Part shown: in pieces, positions 29,801 to 41,915 of the stretch
Numbering within the stretch: the first letter of the stretch is position 1
How the letters are laid out: each line of letters opens with the position of its first letter
Assembly: GCF_006345805.1 (NCBI RefSeq)
Contig: NW_021832391.1
Coordinates: forward strand, 1-64,000
Length of the DNA stretch: 64,000 nucleotides
Direction of reading: 5' to 3'
From: Octopus sinensis
Taxonomy: Eukaryota
The notes under the pieces: generated by a model
The model's database searches: none
What the model saw: only the letters and a program-made list of their open reading frames with translations
Told to the model about the DNA's origin: nothing
Made by a program: the position numbers and the translations under genes

Positions 29801-30055
29801 CAAGTCAGTCAGTCACTGGCTGACACCCGCTGACAATACATCGAAGAGGCCACTTAACAGAAGAAAGAAGACATGCACCCAACACCAGAGCTGAAGACAC
29901 CTCCGAAAGGTGGAGGCCCCGCCACGTCAAAACGGTAGAGGAGTAGGGGCCGAAACTAGACGTGGTTCCTCCTGATGATGTCTTGAGCTAACTGGATCCT
30001 ATAAAGGAGCTGTTGTGGTAGCAGACCACGAAACACGGTTGTAATTCCTCCTCCT
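26864..30055 (+). mobile_element. HERO-like RLE-type non-LTR retrotransposon, 5'-truncated and frameshifted
   Basis: CGKV...GLRIYHGKVC N-terminal motif; RT FRPISLLNTDGK, WLDLANAYGSVPH, GIAAGC, FMDD; CRCGEKATVRHVLSGC zinc knuckle; YTWRHNQVL; RPDLVL and LELTVPWEE restriction-like endonuclease; about 370-bp 3' UTR. Confidence 0.85.
29922..29984 (+). ncRNA. Hammerhead-like motif with permuted (pseudoknotted) strand order in the HERO 3' UTR
   Basis: GUA site 29935-37, GAAA 29952-55 and CUGAUGA 29972-78, with stems I, II and III all pairable. Confidence 0.5.
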
Positions 30056-32390
30056 ATCCACAGCTCAGTATCTTGGACAGGTAATCTGTTACTGGGGTGT
30101 TTAGAGGGGCAGTCTACAGTAACTTTTATACTGCTATGGATAGAGTCAGCTATGTGTTGTATAGCTGTCATCACCTGTTCTTCATTTAGTAGAGATTCTA
30201 TCTCTGTGTCTGTATTATCATTACATTTCATGACAAGGTTAATGTCGTCAACGTATTGAGAGTACATAGCTAAGTGGATGTTACAGGTCGCTAGGCACTG
30301 TTTAAACTGGCTGTCCCATCATACCATGAAGAGGTTTGCAACATCACCGACGATCCCTACTCCAATAGTACCGCCTTTCGTCTGTTTATACATTTTGTTG
30401 TTAAACTTAAAAATATGGGTTTTAAATGTAGTTCTAAGGCTGACACCGATAGCATGTGCAATAGTAGTTCTGATGTCCTGTGCATCTGAAGGTGGGTAGT
30501 CTGGCTCATCCAGCCCTGCCAGCGTTCACAGTGGGTCTTTTTGTATGCTGAGGTAATGGTAGGTGGTCTACCTCGTTTGTTATGGGTAGGACAAGCATAT
30601 AGATTATTGTGTGGCAGATACTCATCGGTACAAGTCAGGGCCAGGAAGAGCCCTAGTTCATATACGTCCACATTTTTAAATATCATATTACTCTCACTGA
30701 TTATCTTTATACATTTTTTGACAGCAAAGTCTACATCAATGGAAGGATATAGTGATACCACATCCATGCTGCCTACGATGCGGTTACTGAGATCACACGT
30801 GTTGTTGCATTCGCGGATCCTGCTAAGGAGGTCTTCAGTACTATCACATATATCCGCAGATAACTCTATTAAGGGTCGTAGGAATTGTGAGAGAAAATAT
30901 GATATTTTGTGGTTGTTTGCATTGTTGGCACCGCAAACAGGTTGAGTAGGTGGCCCAAGTATATGATCCATGTGGCTCTTATGATCTTTTCGAAGGCCAT
31001 ATAGGGGTGGGATTTCATTGTTGGTAGTTATGAAATTGTTCGCTGTGCATTTCTCAGACTGGAGAATGATACTCCACATCCCCATGTGAGCATTAAGGAC
31101 TTTTTAGTTTTCAATGTACTCGAGTGTTGTTGTTTCTGTTATTGTTGTGATGTGTGGTTGCATGTTCGAAATGTAATTAGATAAGTTATCAACAGACATT
31201 CTACCTGATTTGTTAGTCGGGAAGCATACAATCTCTTTATTTTTGATACGATTTTTTAATTTGTTAAGGCCTTTCTTAATTTTGGTGTCAAGATCATGGG
31301 TCTTATTTTTTGTTTGTTGGTGTTTATGCCTTTGGGTGTAATTAGAGAAAGCTGACAGGAGTTTGGATTTAGTAAGGGTAAACCTTGCTTCGAAAGTAGC
31401 GTCTGCGTACTGTTTTGTTGAATGGTAAGTTGGTAGGGCAGACCCTTTTCATGTCAAACGACATGTCACGTTTGTCATAGAAACAACGTATGGAATGGTT
31501 ATTGCCAGATATGTCATGAATGTCAGGATTTTGGTTGCAGTTAAAGTGTGTTCTCCATCTAAGTTTGGTAAAGCATTTCTCAATGTCTGATAGTATTGAT
31601 ATCTTGCTAACCTTATTATATGTGGTGAACTTTGGAGTGAGTTCTAGGGCAGCGAGTTCATCTGTGTCCAGTTGTACTCCTCCGTACACTCTCACGTTTC
31701 TTGTTAGTTGGTCATCATCTACGGGTTTGTCATTCATAGAAATTCCATCAATCGATTCAGTCATGTCAAACTGTTTAGTTGTTGGGTGGTTGTATGGTAG
31801 TTATAACATCCATGTTAGTTTCTCTTCAAAGTGTTGTACGCACCTGTCTCATACGGAGTTACATTCACAACGGAGTAGTTCTTTTAATTGTTTCGTTTCT
31901 TGATTATTAAGTTCTTCACTTTAGTGAGGGCCTCTCGCTTTTCATTTTCTTTAGTGGCAAGGTGTATATATAGTTTGGACTTCAGGTTCATAATTAAGAT
32001 ATGTTTTAGTCTCGACGCTTGTCCTTTCATTAGGTTTAGTGTTTTGACCATTTTGTAAATCCTTTTTGGGTAAACCTTCAGTGAGATGTAGTGTCTAATG
32101 AAATGAAGCTGTTGCTTAGCTGTTATTTTTCTCAAACAACAAGTAACGGTTTTCCTGAGAGTTTTGGTAGCCTGGCTCAATCTTTCGGAATTACGGATAA
32201 GTACTTGCATAGCGAGTGACTTGATTTGAGCATGGAAGGTGCTTATAAGCCATTTAAGAAACACACAAAAACTGTTAGATTCACTTTAACATTTGAATTT
32301 AATTTGTCAAAATATTTTCGTCGCTTTGAGACTGCGACTTCTTCACTGACAAAATTCCGTGCTGCATCTGAGAAAGTAACAGTTAGTTCA
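30056..32390 (-). mobile_element. Penelope-like element: pLTR with hammerhead variant, N-terminal region and RT, decayed
   Basis: PPLYGLRKDHK, PPTQPVCGA, GSMDVVSLYPSID, SQYVDDINLV, LPVQDTELW; the pLTR at 32205-32390 overlaps the ORF start. Confidence 0.85.
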
Positions 32391-32682
32391 TGATATATAT
32401 GTGTGTATGTATGTATGTGTGTATGTATGTATGTGTTTATGTATGTATGTATGTATGTGTTTATGTATGTATGTGCGTATGCATGTATATGTGTACATGT
32501 ATGTGCACATGCATGTGTGCATGCCTATACACATGTATGTATGTACTTATGTACTTACGTATGTGAGTATTTAGGAGAAATAGACGTGTCAGTGTGTGTG
32601 TACTTGTGAATGTATGTTTATGTAATATGTGTCAGTTCAATTTGTATACTTGACTGTTACCTTGTCACTCGCTATGCAAGTA

Positions 32683-32762
<80 letters not shown>

Positions 32763-34469
32763 CTTTGTAAAGAATTAGCAAACTGAGCTGTTTTGCAATA
32801 AAGGCTTGAATGGATTGAGAGCCATATGATAAACTGGTGAAAGAGCATGGATTTAAACTCTGCCTTCTTAGTTGCTCATTGGTGAAATAGCATAAAAAAT
32901 ATTGTTTATGGTTAAGATTTCTTAATTAATATCAGTTTCTATATTAGTGTATCCATCTTTAGTGAAATGATGATGAACTCTCTTACAATATGACTATGTG
33001 AATTGCTGAAATTATGATATATTGTAAATTTCACGAATATTTGAATGACAGGAAAGCTATCCTGTTTCCTAACATGCAGATTTATTTTTCCAAAGACATT
33101 TGATTAATTGGTTATGTTTGTAAAACAGGGGAATACCTCAAATTTTAGAGGAAGTGGTTAATTGATTAAATTGATCTTATTACTTGACTTGCACTTTTTT
33201 TTATCAACCATGAAAGGAAGAGAAACAAAGTTAGCCTCAACAGGATTTGAAACTAGAATATAAAGAGCTGGTAGAAATATTGGAAGGTATTTTGCCAACA
33301 CTAACAATTGTGCCTCTCCACCATCTTAAGTTTAATAGAATAAAATCTGTGAATGAATTTTGATGAATTTCTTGTGTAGTTTTAATGAAAGTTGGTCTCA
33401 CATTGCTTGCATTTATATCTTTCCTGAGACATGTAAAAGTTTCCATTTGCAGAAAGAATTGCTACTTGTCACTTCAAATAAAGAGTATTGAACTGATATT
33501 AAAGCCAAAATTTTCCTTTCACTACTATTATGATGTTTTTATTTTTTACTTTCAGGGTTAAAAAATGAATGATTACACTTTTGGGTTTACATGCAGGCAT
33601 TTGTCTATCTTATATCCTTCTATATGTTGGATGTACAAATTTCACGAAGCGGGGATAGACACAACTGTCTTCACACAACCTACTTCAGATTACTCCACTA
33701 AACACAATACTCCAATAAATACAAACTCTGAACAACGTCAACAACTTCCATGAACTCCCAATGACTCTTATGACTCTCTTTGTCTCAATCAATATGCTAG
33801 TTTTTGTTATAAGAGTTTTGCTAGTCCATTCTTCCAATCCCATAGGGGTGCCAATGACTCTCACCACAACAGTTTATACATGTAGACTTTTCTTTATACA
33901 TGTAGATTTTACCAAACAAGTCGCCCCATGCAAAGCTTCACCTGTATGTAAGTACATAATTTTTTTGTTAAATTAAGTTTTCTGTTAGTTAACCATAGCT
34001 GTTTGTAAATTGAACAACTATTTCTCTGTGTATATTGAACAATTTCCATAAGACATATATGTTTGTAAATGTAAAATATGTTTGTTTCCCAATACCATGG
34101 TTTAGGGTCTAGTTCTACTGTGTGGCATTTTGGGCAAGAGTCTTCGACTAAAGGTAGGGACCAACAAATGCATTTTTAGTGAAAGTGGTTGATGGGAACT
34201 ATATGATGCTTATTGCATGTGTGTGTGTGTATACACCATATCAATTATGTGATGCATGTTATAGGTAACTGTTGACAAAAAGTGCAAAATACTAATTGAA
34301 AAATCAAAATAATTTAGAGTAATGTCAAGAAGGGATGTGGAATGGATAGTGAAAGGTCTGGCTTGGAAGGTGTCCCACAGTATTGCAGCCTGGGCCTATG
34401 TGTCATCTTGCTACTGCAAAAGAGTACAGACCATTGAATGTTTGTGAAATATTGGCATCTGAGATTATG

Positions 34470-34900
34470 AACTCTTTGGATTTACTGATTACCTTGATGT
34501 CAGTGAGATTGCCATTGTCAAACAAGAGATTTGTTACCTTAGTAAGTGTCTACCCTCCAACCTTGTGTTCCTCTGAAGAGAAAAAAAGACTAATATTTTA
34601 TCTTTCATGAAAAAAGCTTCTGTGCAGTGTTCTTTCTGCTTATAAAATCTTCATATTTGGTGATTTCAATGAAAGCATTTGCAGAGATAAAAAAGTTTGG
34701 GATATAATTGGGAAACATGAAGCCAGAAAATACAATAGTAATGGCTTGTTTAGTACTGCAAATGTGTTCGATTTTTGCATATACTGGGTAACTGTCAATC
34801 TCCTAGTGTGGAGCATGCTGTATTTGAGCACCAAATATGTGAGTGTATTTATGTGATCAAGATGAAAGGCAATTAGGTCTCTCATTAATTTCTGTTTGGT
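34470..34900 (+). pseudogene. RTE-type APE endonuclease remnant
   Basis: LMSVRLPLSNKRFVTLVSVYPPTLCSSEEKK...FY, IFGDFN. Confidence 0.7.
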
Positions 34901-35289
34901 GAGTTGGCCCTGAGGAAAAATCTAGGCAACAAATTGAAATCAAGGCATGAATGCATTAGAGACACTTAGAGGATCTAGATCAAATTAAAGAAAGTGAAAA
35001 CATCACAAAGTTTTTGATGGAAAAAATTGGTTCACGTTGGAATGAGTGAATTTGAATGAATGTCAATAAAATCTTAGTGTGCATGAAAAGCTTGAGAGAG
35101 ATTTTTGAAAAGGTCTTAATGTTAATTTTCCTGTGAATGTTTCCATTGTGTTTTGCTTCAAAAACTACATAGACATGACAGAATTAAATAGACATCCTTA
35201 TAATTGTTAAAATTTATCTAAATTATTTATTAATTATTATAATGTGAATATCTAATATTTTGTAGACATGCTACTGATCTGATGAATAT

Positions 35290-36150
35290 TCTCTTGCCAA
35301 TATTCTCTTGATTTTCTTGCCAAGTTTCTTGCAGTTATATCAAAAGATCTGGCTTTAAGGATGCTTTCTTTTTCTTTTTCGGAAGTATCCCATCCATCAT
35401 GCCTCAGAGGTGTTCAGTAGGGTTCATATCTGGTGATTGGCTTAGCTATGGAAGCTTTTTAATGCCATTCTCTTCCAACCAATCCTGGGTCTTTTAGTTG
35501 TACAAGAAAGCCCTATCTTCCATAAATAGTGTTCTTTAATCATTTTACCCCTAGAGGATATAGGAAGAAGATTTTTCTATAATATGGACACATATTTATC
35601 TGAGTTTATGTATCCCTCACCATCCACCATTTCTGATTGACCATCACGTTTCATTGTTGGCTGCAATATATTCACGTGAAAATATTGGTGACTGATTCTC
35701 CAGACCCACATTCGACCAGTGTCAGAAAATACAGCAAATCTGGATTCATCAGGGAATTTGACGGTGTCCCAAAGTGCTAGTGACCTCTCTACCGTCTCAC
35801 TTGTCCAATCTTTTCTCCATTTGATATTGGCTGGTCGAAGCAGTGTCTTCTTTCTTGCTGCTCTGCCATAATAGCCAATTTTGCAGAGATAACTGACAGC
35901 TATTCTGGGACTGACATCAACTTATTCTGCTATATTGGAGGCCTTGCAATGAGGATTATCTTATACACTTCTCTTAAGAAAGCAAAGTGTTCTGTCAGAG
36001 GGCCTTAGTCTACCTGGGTAAGGTGATATGGACTACTTTCCCGTTTAGTGAATTGAAAAATTACTCTATTTACTGTAGAAAGTGGAATCACAAGGTTTCC
36101 TGTGGTTTTAGGCTAAGTCAGCCTTGAAATAGGCGCAGCATATGGCCGCT
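35290..36150 (-). mobile_element. Tc1-family transposase remnant
   Basis: DESRF at about 35736-35750 and SQSPDMNPTEHL at about 35405-35445 (cf. WPSQSPDLNPIENLW); TIRs not located. Confidence 0.75.
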
Positions 36151-37069
36151 TTGTAAATTGGACATTTTTAAGGCTTCTTTTGTACATGGCATGATTAAAC
36201 AGTTACATATAGAACCTGAAACACATAAATGTCAATTAATAAAAAAATATAAACCTCTTCAAGTTAAAATAACCATAAAACAATGTGTTAATGGGTATCT
36301 ATTTACTTTTGTCATGTTTGTGTACAAATGTATCATTTGTTAGAACTGCACTTTGAAAGAAAAAAGAAAACCTTTAGTAGAAAATTATCATTAGCTACGA
36401 CAATGTTACCCAACTATTAAATCTTATATTTTTCAAACTCATGCTAGGATGGAAAAATGAACGTAGGTATGAGACTTATTTTTACACATGTATTGATGCA
36501 TATAAAACATGAAATTATGTTGTCTACATACTTAAATACTTGCAATTAATTCATTGTAAGAACATAGAAATTTGACAGGTTTTCTTGAGTTGTTGCTCAT
36601 CTACAATAATCTGATAAGTTTGAGGTTATTGTTGGTTGCATAAGATTGTCATTGAATTTTCTCTCGACAGAAATATCTAATCATTTTATCCATACTAGCA
36701 TGGGTTGTGTGTGTCATGTTGATATCTGTTTCAGTTTAATTCCCTCTGCAATAGTTTCTTTTTTTTTTGTGTTTATGCAATATTGTACTTTCATAAAATA
36801 CAGTCGTCTCTTGCCTTACACAATATTCTGTTTCTTAGTTTCACTTTAGCACAATTTTGCTCATTTTCCTCTATTTGTTTCTTTTTGTTTTTGTTTTTAC
36901 AAATATAGAAGTAGTACTTGCTTCAGTTTCTCATTATATTTTGTTAAATATTTTTGAATTTGAAATATTAAAATTGATTTTACTGGAAATGAAAATTCAA
37001 TGTATAAAATTAACTTTAAACTAGATGTTCAGCATAAAATGCAAAAGTTTTACAAAAAGAATTGTCATC

Positions 37070-40000
37070 ATCATTTAATTGGCTTGGGTTGGACAGTTTC
37101 ATCAGGGCTGGTAAGCTGAGGGTCTGCAGCAGACTCCAGTCTTGATTTGTCATTGTTTCTATGGCTGGATGCCCTTCTTAACATCAAGCACTCCATGAGT
37201 GTTGTGGGCAGGGGTTGTGAAAAAAATTAATTGATGGGAAATTAATTACAATATATTGTCTTCTAAGGCACGGCATGTCATGAAAGGTGTCTGTCATTAG
37301 TCATTGCCTTTATAAGTTCCAACAGTCAAAGATCATGCATTACCACCTTGTCCAATGCCTTCTTATGTCTGCTTCTTCTGCCATGTAGCATAGTTGTCTG
37401 CACAGGTATAATAAATCTGGCTTTCACTCTGAAGGAGAGACCCTTAGTTACCAAACAGAGGAAGGAGCTCTCTGAATTTGCTCTGCCTATTTTTATTCTT
37501 GCAGCCACACTCTTGGTTCATCCACCTCTGCTACTGACTTTGTTGCTCAACAATCTTTATCGTACTCCTCTGGTATTTGATGAAGCCCATTTTCTGTACA
37601 CTTTTAGTGTTTACTGTACATGTGCACTTTCCACATACAAAATATATTTTCCCAGTTTACCTTCCTCTGATATTGCTACACCTATTATGTGTTATACAGA
37701 GTACATCTACCTACCTGTTTCCTTCATATTGAGGATGGCCATGTACCTGAAGGGCTTTACGATTTATCTGTTTTCCTACTTACTAAGACTTTGGGTTAGG
37801 GTTGGGTAGGTTAATTCTGTGACCTTTCAATTCTAGACCTTGCTTCCGTACGCACAATTTGTTCTCTAGTTCTGGTAGTGATTTAGCTATAAGAAGAAGC
37901 TCATTAGTAAATAAGTGTGAAAACTCTTTGCTTTCACAAACACTTTATGTACACTGATTGAAGCAATGAAAAAAAAGGTCCTCGGTATACCTGAAACGTG
38001 AAGGAAAATATTTGGATAATGAAACAAATAATGTATGGCTAATTGAATGTAATGTAATAAATGATAATATATGAGTGTTCAGTTGTCATCCTCTATGCCC
38101 TCCCCAATTCCTTTGAGAGAAGCAAAGAAGACTAATAATATGTATTAAATGATTAACGAAAATAATAATTAGTGCAAGAGACCCTTAATCAATATTGACG
38201 GTGTGACGATCAAGGAGCAACGTGTCAGTTGTGCATCAGGCTTTTGTGTCAGTCTTTGCGAGTCTGGCAGAGCGACAAACAGGACAATTGCTGGATGGAG
38301 GATAAACTGCATCAGGCAAGGGTCACTTTTGGAAAGCAGGGGTTTCAAGGGGTGTTGGGGTATGACCACTTGTGGTAAAGGTGGGGTAAGTTGGCGTGGC
38401 TCTGTGGGTAGGTGGTGAGATGCATTTCTGGTCATGGTAATTTTGGAATCGGGAAGTGGGCATTGGTGTTGCAGCTGCATGAGGTGCTGTTAAAGTCGGT
38501 TGAGAAGGTAGTCTCATCACTGGTGTTGGCGTAGGGAACGCATGTGGTCCAGACACCATGAGCAGTGGGCCATGAGGAAGAAGCAGTAGATACTTCCAGA
38601 GGAATTTTGGCCTGATCCATCCACTCTCAACATGTACAGATCGAAATGACGTACATCTAAATGGCACCAGTTTTCCCCCCATTTGTAGGATTGGGTCAAC
38701 TTGGCTCTGGATTAGGACATAGTTCGAAAGAAGTGAGCATGTGTGTTTTGACAACCGTTCAGTAGCACTCATGTTGTGTTTACGCAGGTCTTCTTTTCAA
38801 TAAGTCATAGTTTCATGCCATGTGGAATGTAGCTTGTACTTGCCGGGATGGATGGGAATAAAGTATTGTATAGGGCTGCCAAAGATGCACATGGCTGGGG
38901 ACAAGTGTGTGTCCCAGTCAGGTGTATTTCTTTATTGTAGCATTGTGCACTGGAAATTGTCAGTGTTAAGGAAGCCATTGGTGTCAGTGTTGTCTGTAAC
39001 GAGGCCCTTTATTGTCTCAATACCGACTTTGGCGCGGCAGTTGTCATGGGGAAATGCAATGGCAGTGATTCTCCCCAATTGTGGAAGAAGGTACAATGTC
39101 AGCTCATAGCTGATAGGGCAGTGTTAAGTGCCTGTGCGCCATTCGATGTTCCTTTAAGATGGTTTTCCAGACCTGTTTGGACATACCACCATTGTCTGTC
39201 ACCAATTGACAGATGTACCAATGGGAATAGGCTTGATAACTCCAAGTGGAACATTCCGGTCGAGACCTGCTTTTACTTCCTCTTGCCAATGAACCAGGAC
39301 TGGTATGGGCGTATGGTGGGCGACTGGTTTAGCATTAAGCAGATCGGTTGGTCAGACATCTTGGAGAATTGCCGATGGTTGCAGACGTTGAATGTGCTGG
39401 AGCTGTAGTATTGTAGCAGCTACTTCCTCAGGCGACAACGTTTTTCCTCAGTGGCTGGGAATGGTAGTGTAGTTGGAGGAGGGGGTTGTATTTGTTGTAT
39501 GTGGCAGGTGCATACATTCTGTGTCATTGTTGCAGATGATCGATGAGGCTTGTCAGTACTCTCTCCCATGGATTGTTTACAGGCCAACTCATGGCACAAT
39601 CAGGTGCAGGACAGGGTACGTTGGTCATACTGACTCGCTTTTTGTCATAAATAAGTCTGACAACTGTTTGCTTTCACCAATATTTTACGCAGTCTGAAGC
39701 AACGAGTAAAGGGTCTTCAGTATACCTGAAATGTGAAGGAAAGATGATGGATAATAAAATGAATAATATATGGCGAATTGAATGTAATGTAATAAATTGT
39801 AATATATGTGTGTTTAGTTGTAATCCTGTAATCAGCATAGAGGAGTTGCTAGGGTCTGCCTGTTTTATATTTATCTGTTATTACCTGAATGATTATGATA
39901 CCAACAAAAGTCAAGTACATAGGTTTATACTTGGTTAGGTACTTCTCCTGGGGTTTCTTACCAGAAATATATCATGACTGGTGTTTCTTCCTGATACAAA

Positions 40001-40140
40001 ACCAAATTGCATCTCATCTAGATTAAGTCTTTTCCTAATTAGTTGGGCTATGATCCTCTCCGTGATTTTCATCATCTGAAGAAATTAGTGCCAGTGCAAG
40101 CACTTTATTTTTAAAGCACACATCAGGCATATGTTAACAT
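37070..40140 (-). mobile_element. Old RTE LINE (37070-37905 and 39835-40140) split by a Gypsy insertion
   Basis: Both parts align with 17940-19000 (MQFGFV; LYAD; LVTKGLSFRVKAR); RTE-type tail at about 37070-37210. Confidence 0.75.
37905..39834 (-). mobile_element. Internally deleted Gypsy LTR retrotransposon with diverged ~190-bp LTRs
   Basis: Direct repeats at about 37905-38098 and 39644-39834; gag start MTNVPCPAPDC; pol FPATEE...HHTPIPVLVHWQEEVKAGLD; integrase [13 protein letters not shown]...RNTPD...SPAMCIFG; purine-rich GGGGAGGG (minus strand) next to the 3' LTR. Confidence 0.8.
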
Positions 40141-40949
40141 ATCAGCAATGAGAAAGCGCTCTAATCGATGTCTACCTATATACATACATATATGCAGGGT
40201 AGCCATGTACTTTCTCTACAGCGACACACCTCTGCCTGTCTCTCTATCATACTACAGGTTAGGATGAAGCCACCTCTCTCACTACTAGCAGTCCACTCAT
40301 CCTTGAAATTTACTTTTTAATTTTACTAGTGTCAGTGTTACCAAAACTTTTCTCAGACATAGAAACCATGTGAAAACAGACATTAGATGTACGTGTAGTA
40401 ATTCATCTCAGATAGTGTGAAATAGTCCAACCCATGACAACATGAAAAACGAATGTTAAATGATGATGACACACATACACGTTAATTGTATTTCTTATAT
40501 TAATTTCAATAATTAATTTGTTTCTATTTATAAATAAAAACAATTGATTTCGCATGAGAATGATTAGTTTGATGACTTGTGGAAGCAATGTACTGTGTAA
40601 ATGTAAGGACAACTGTATTTATTAAACAAGTGTATATCATGATTCGACACAGATAAAACTTGACTTTCAAATGTTGGTTGATATTTTCCTTGTTGTTTGC
40701 ATATCATGCCTTGTATTATAGATCCCAAATGGCCAAAGGTAAGTGGTCTTTCTTATTTTGGTGTGGGTTTGCTGTTAGGATTGGTTTTCAGAGTTTAGTC
40801 TATATTAGGGTCAGCTTGAGTATTTGTGAAGGGTTTTTAGAGAGAATAGTCAAGTAAGAGATCAAAGTTTGAACTAGGGGTTGAGATTTGGGGTGATGAG
40901 GAGAGTAGAGATTGAACAGGTTTATTTATAGTGTTGATGACTGTTTTAT

Positions 40950-41430
40950 ATCGGGTTTAGCATTGAAAAGCAGGGATGGGGGCTGGGTGCTTGGATAAGA
41001 TGCGGATGTCAGGTTGATCCAAGTTATCTCCATGGTGGTCTTTGGCATGTTGGTAGAGTATAGAAGACTGTTTTCTGTCGTCAAGTTGTCTTAAATGTTC
41101 ATTTATCCGTTCCGCAATGCTCTTAGACGTCTCCTCTATGTACATCATGTTCATGTCCTTACAAGCACCTTCTATGCATCTTATATTGTAAACTACATTT
41201 CGAGTTCTACAGTTAATACCAGGGCTAATTCTACATGCCATGCAGTTATCAATTGTGCATATGGTATTCTTAAACGGGCATGTCCTTCATAATTGTGACC
41301 TGACGGAGTTCCTTGGCTTTTCAACAATTTTAATGTTGAGTTTGGTCTCTTTCAGAGCTTTTCTAAATCTACGGGCTAGTTCTCCATGGGCTCTGGCCTC
41401 TACTAATATCACTCCTTGAATTTTTACTGG
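40950..41430 (-). pseudogene. PLE GIY-YIG endonuclease fragment
   Basis: CTIDNCMAC...NCRTRNVVYNIRC...YIEETSKSIAERINEH...LYQHAKDHH. Confidence 0.8.
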
Positions 41431-41514
41431 TGAGTGTGTATTTAATAATAAGGCACTAAAAGAGAAAGACTATCCCCAGACACAACAGAATATACACTGT
41501 TTTCGCTAATTACT

Positions 41515-41915
41515 CTTTCACTCACTTTTGCTACTTTCAGTTATTTGACTGCGGCCATGTTGGAGCACCGCCTTCAGTCAAACAAATAGAGCCCAGGACC
41601 TATTCTCTTTTGCCGAACCGTTCAGTTACGGGTGCGTGAAAACAGCAGCATCGTTTGTCAAGCGCTGTTCGATGGATAAAGAGGCATACAAACGTATATG
41701 TATATATATATATATATGTGTATATATATATATATATGTATACACACACGATGGGCTTCATTTAGTTTCCGTCTACGAAATCTATTCACAAGGCTTTGGT
41801 CACCCCGAGGCTATAGTTGAAGACACTTGTCCAAGGTTCCACGCAGTGGGACTGAACCCAGAGCGCAGTGGTTCGTAAGCAAGCTACTTATCACAAAGCC
41901 GCTACTACGCCTAGC
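41515..41915 (-). mobile_element. Full-length CORE-type SINE
   Basis: Colinear with 643-999. Confidence 0.85.

Noticed and set aside
29915-29965. HDV-like ribozyme reading of the GGCCCC/GGGGCC plus CCACGTC/GACGTGG pseudoknot
   Set aside because: No P3 stem or pyrimidine-rich L3, and no credible P1.1 or P4, on either strand.
29891-30050. Second conventional hammerhead using CTGAAGA (29891) or CTGATGA (29972) with GAAAC (30030) and GTA (30041)
   Set aside because: No stem I can form: sequence after the GTA (ATTCCTC) is not complementary to what precedes either core.
40540-40590. Decayed hammerhead downstream of the GIY-YIG fragment
   Set aside because: Only CGAAA is recognisable; core and stems cannot be assigned.
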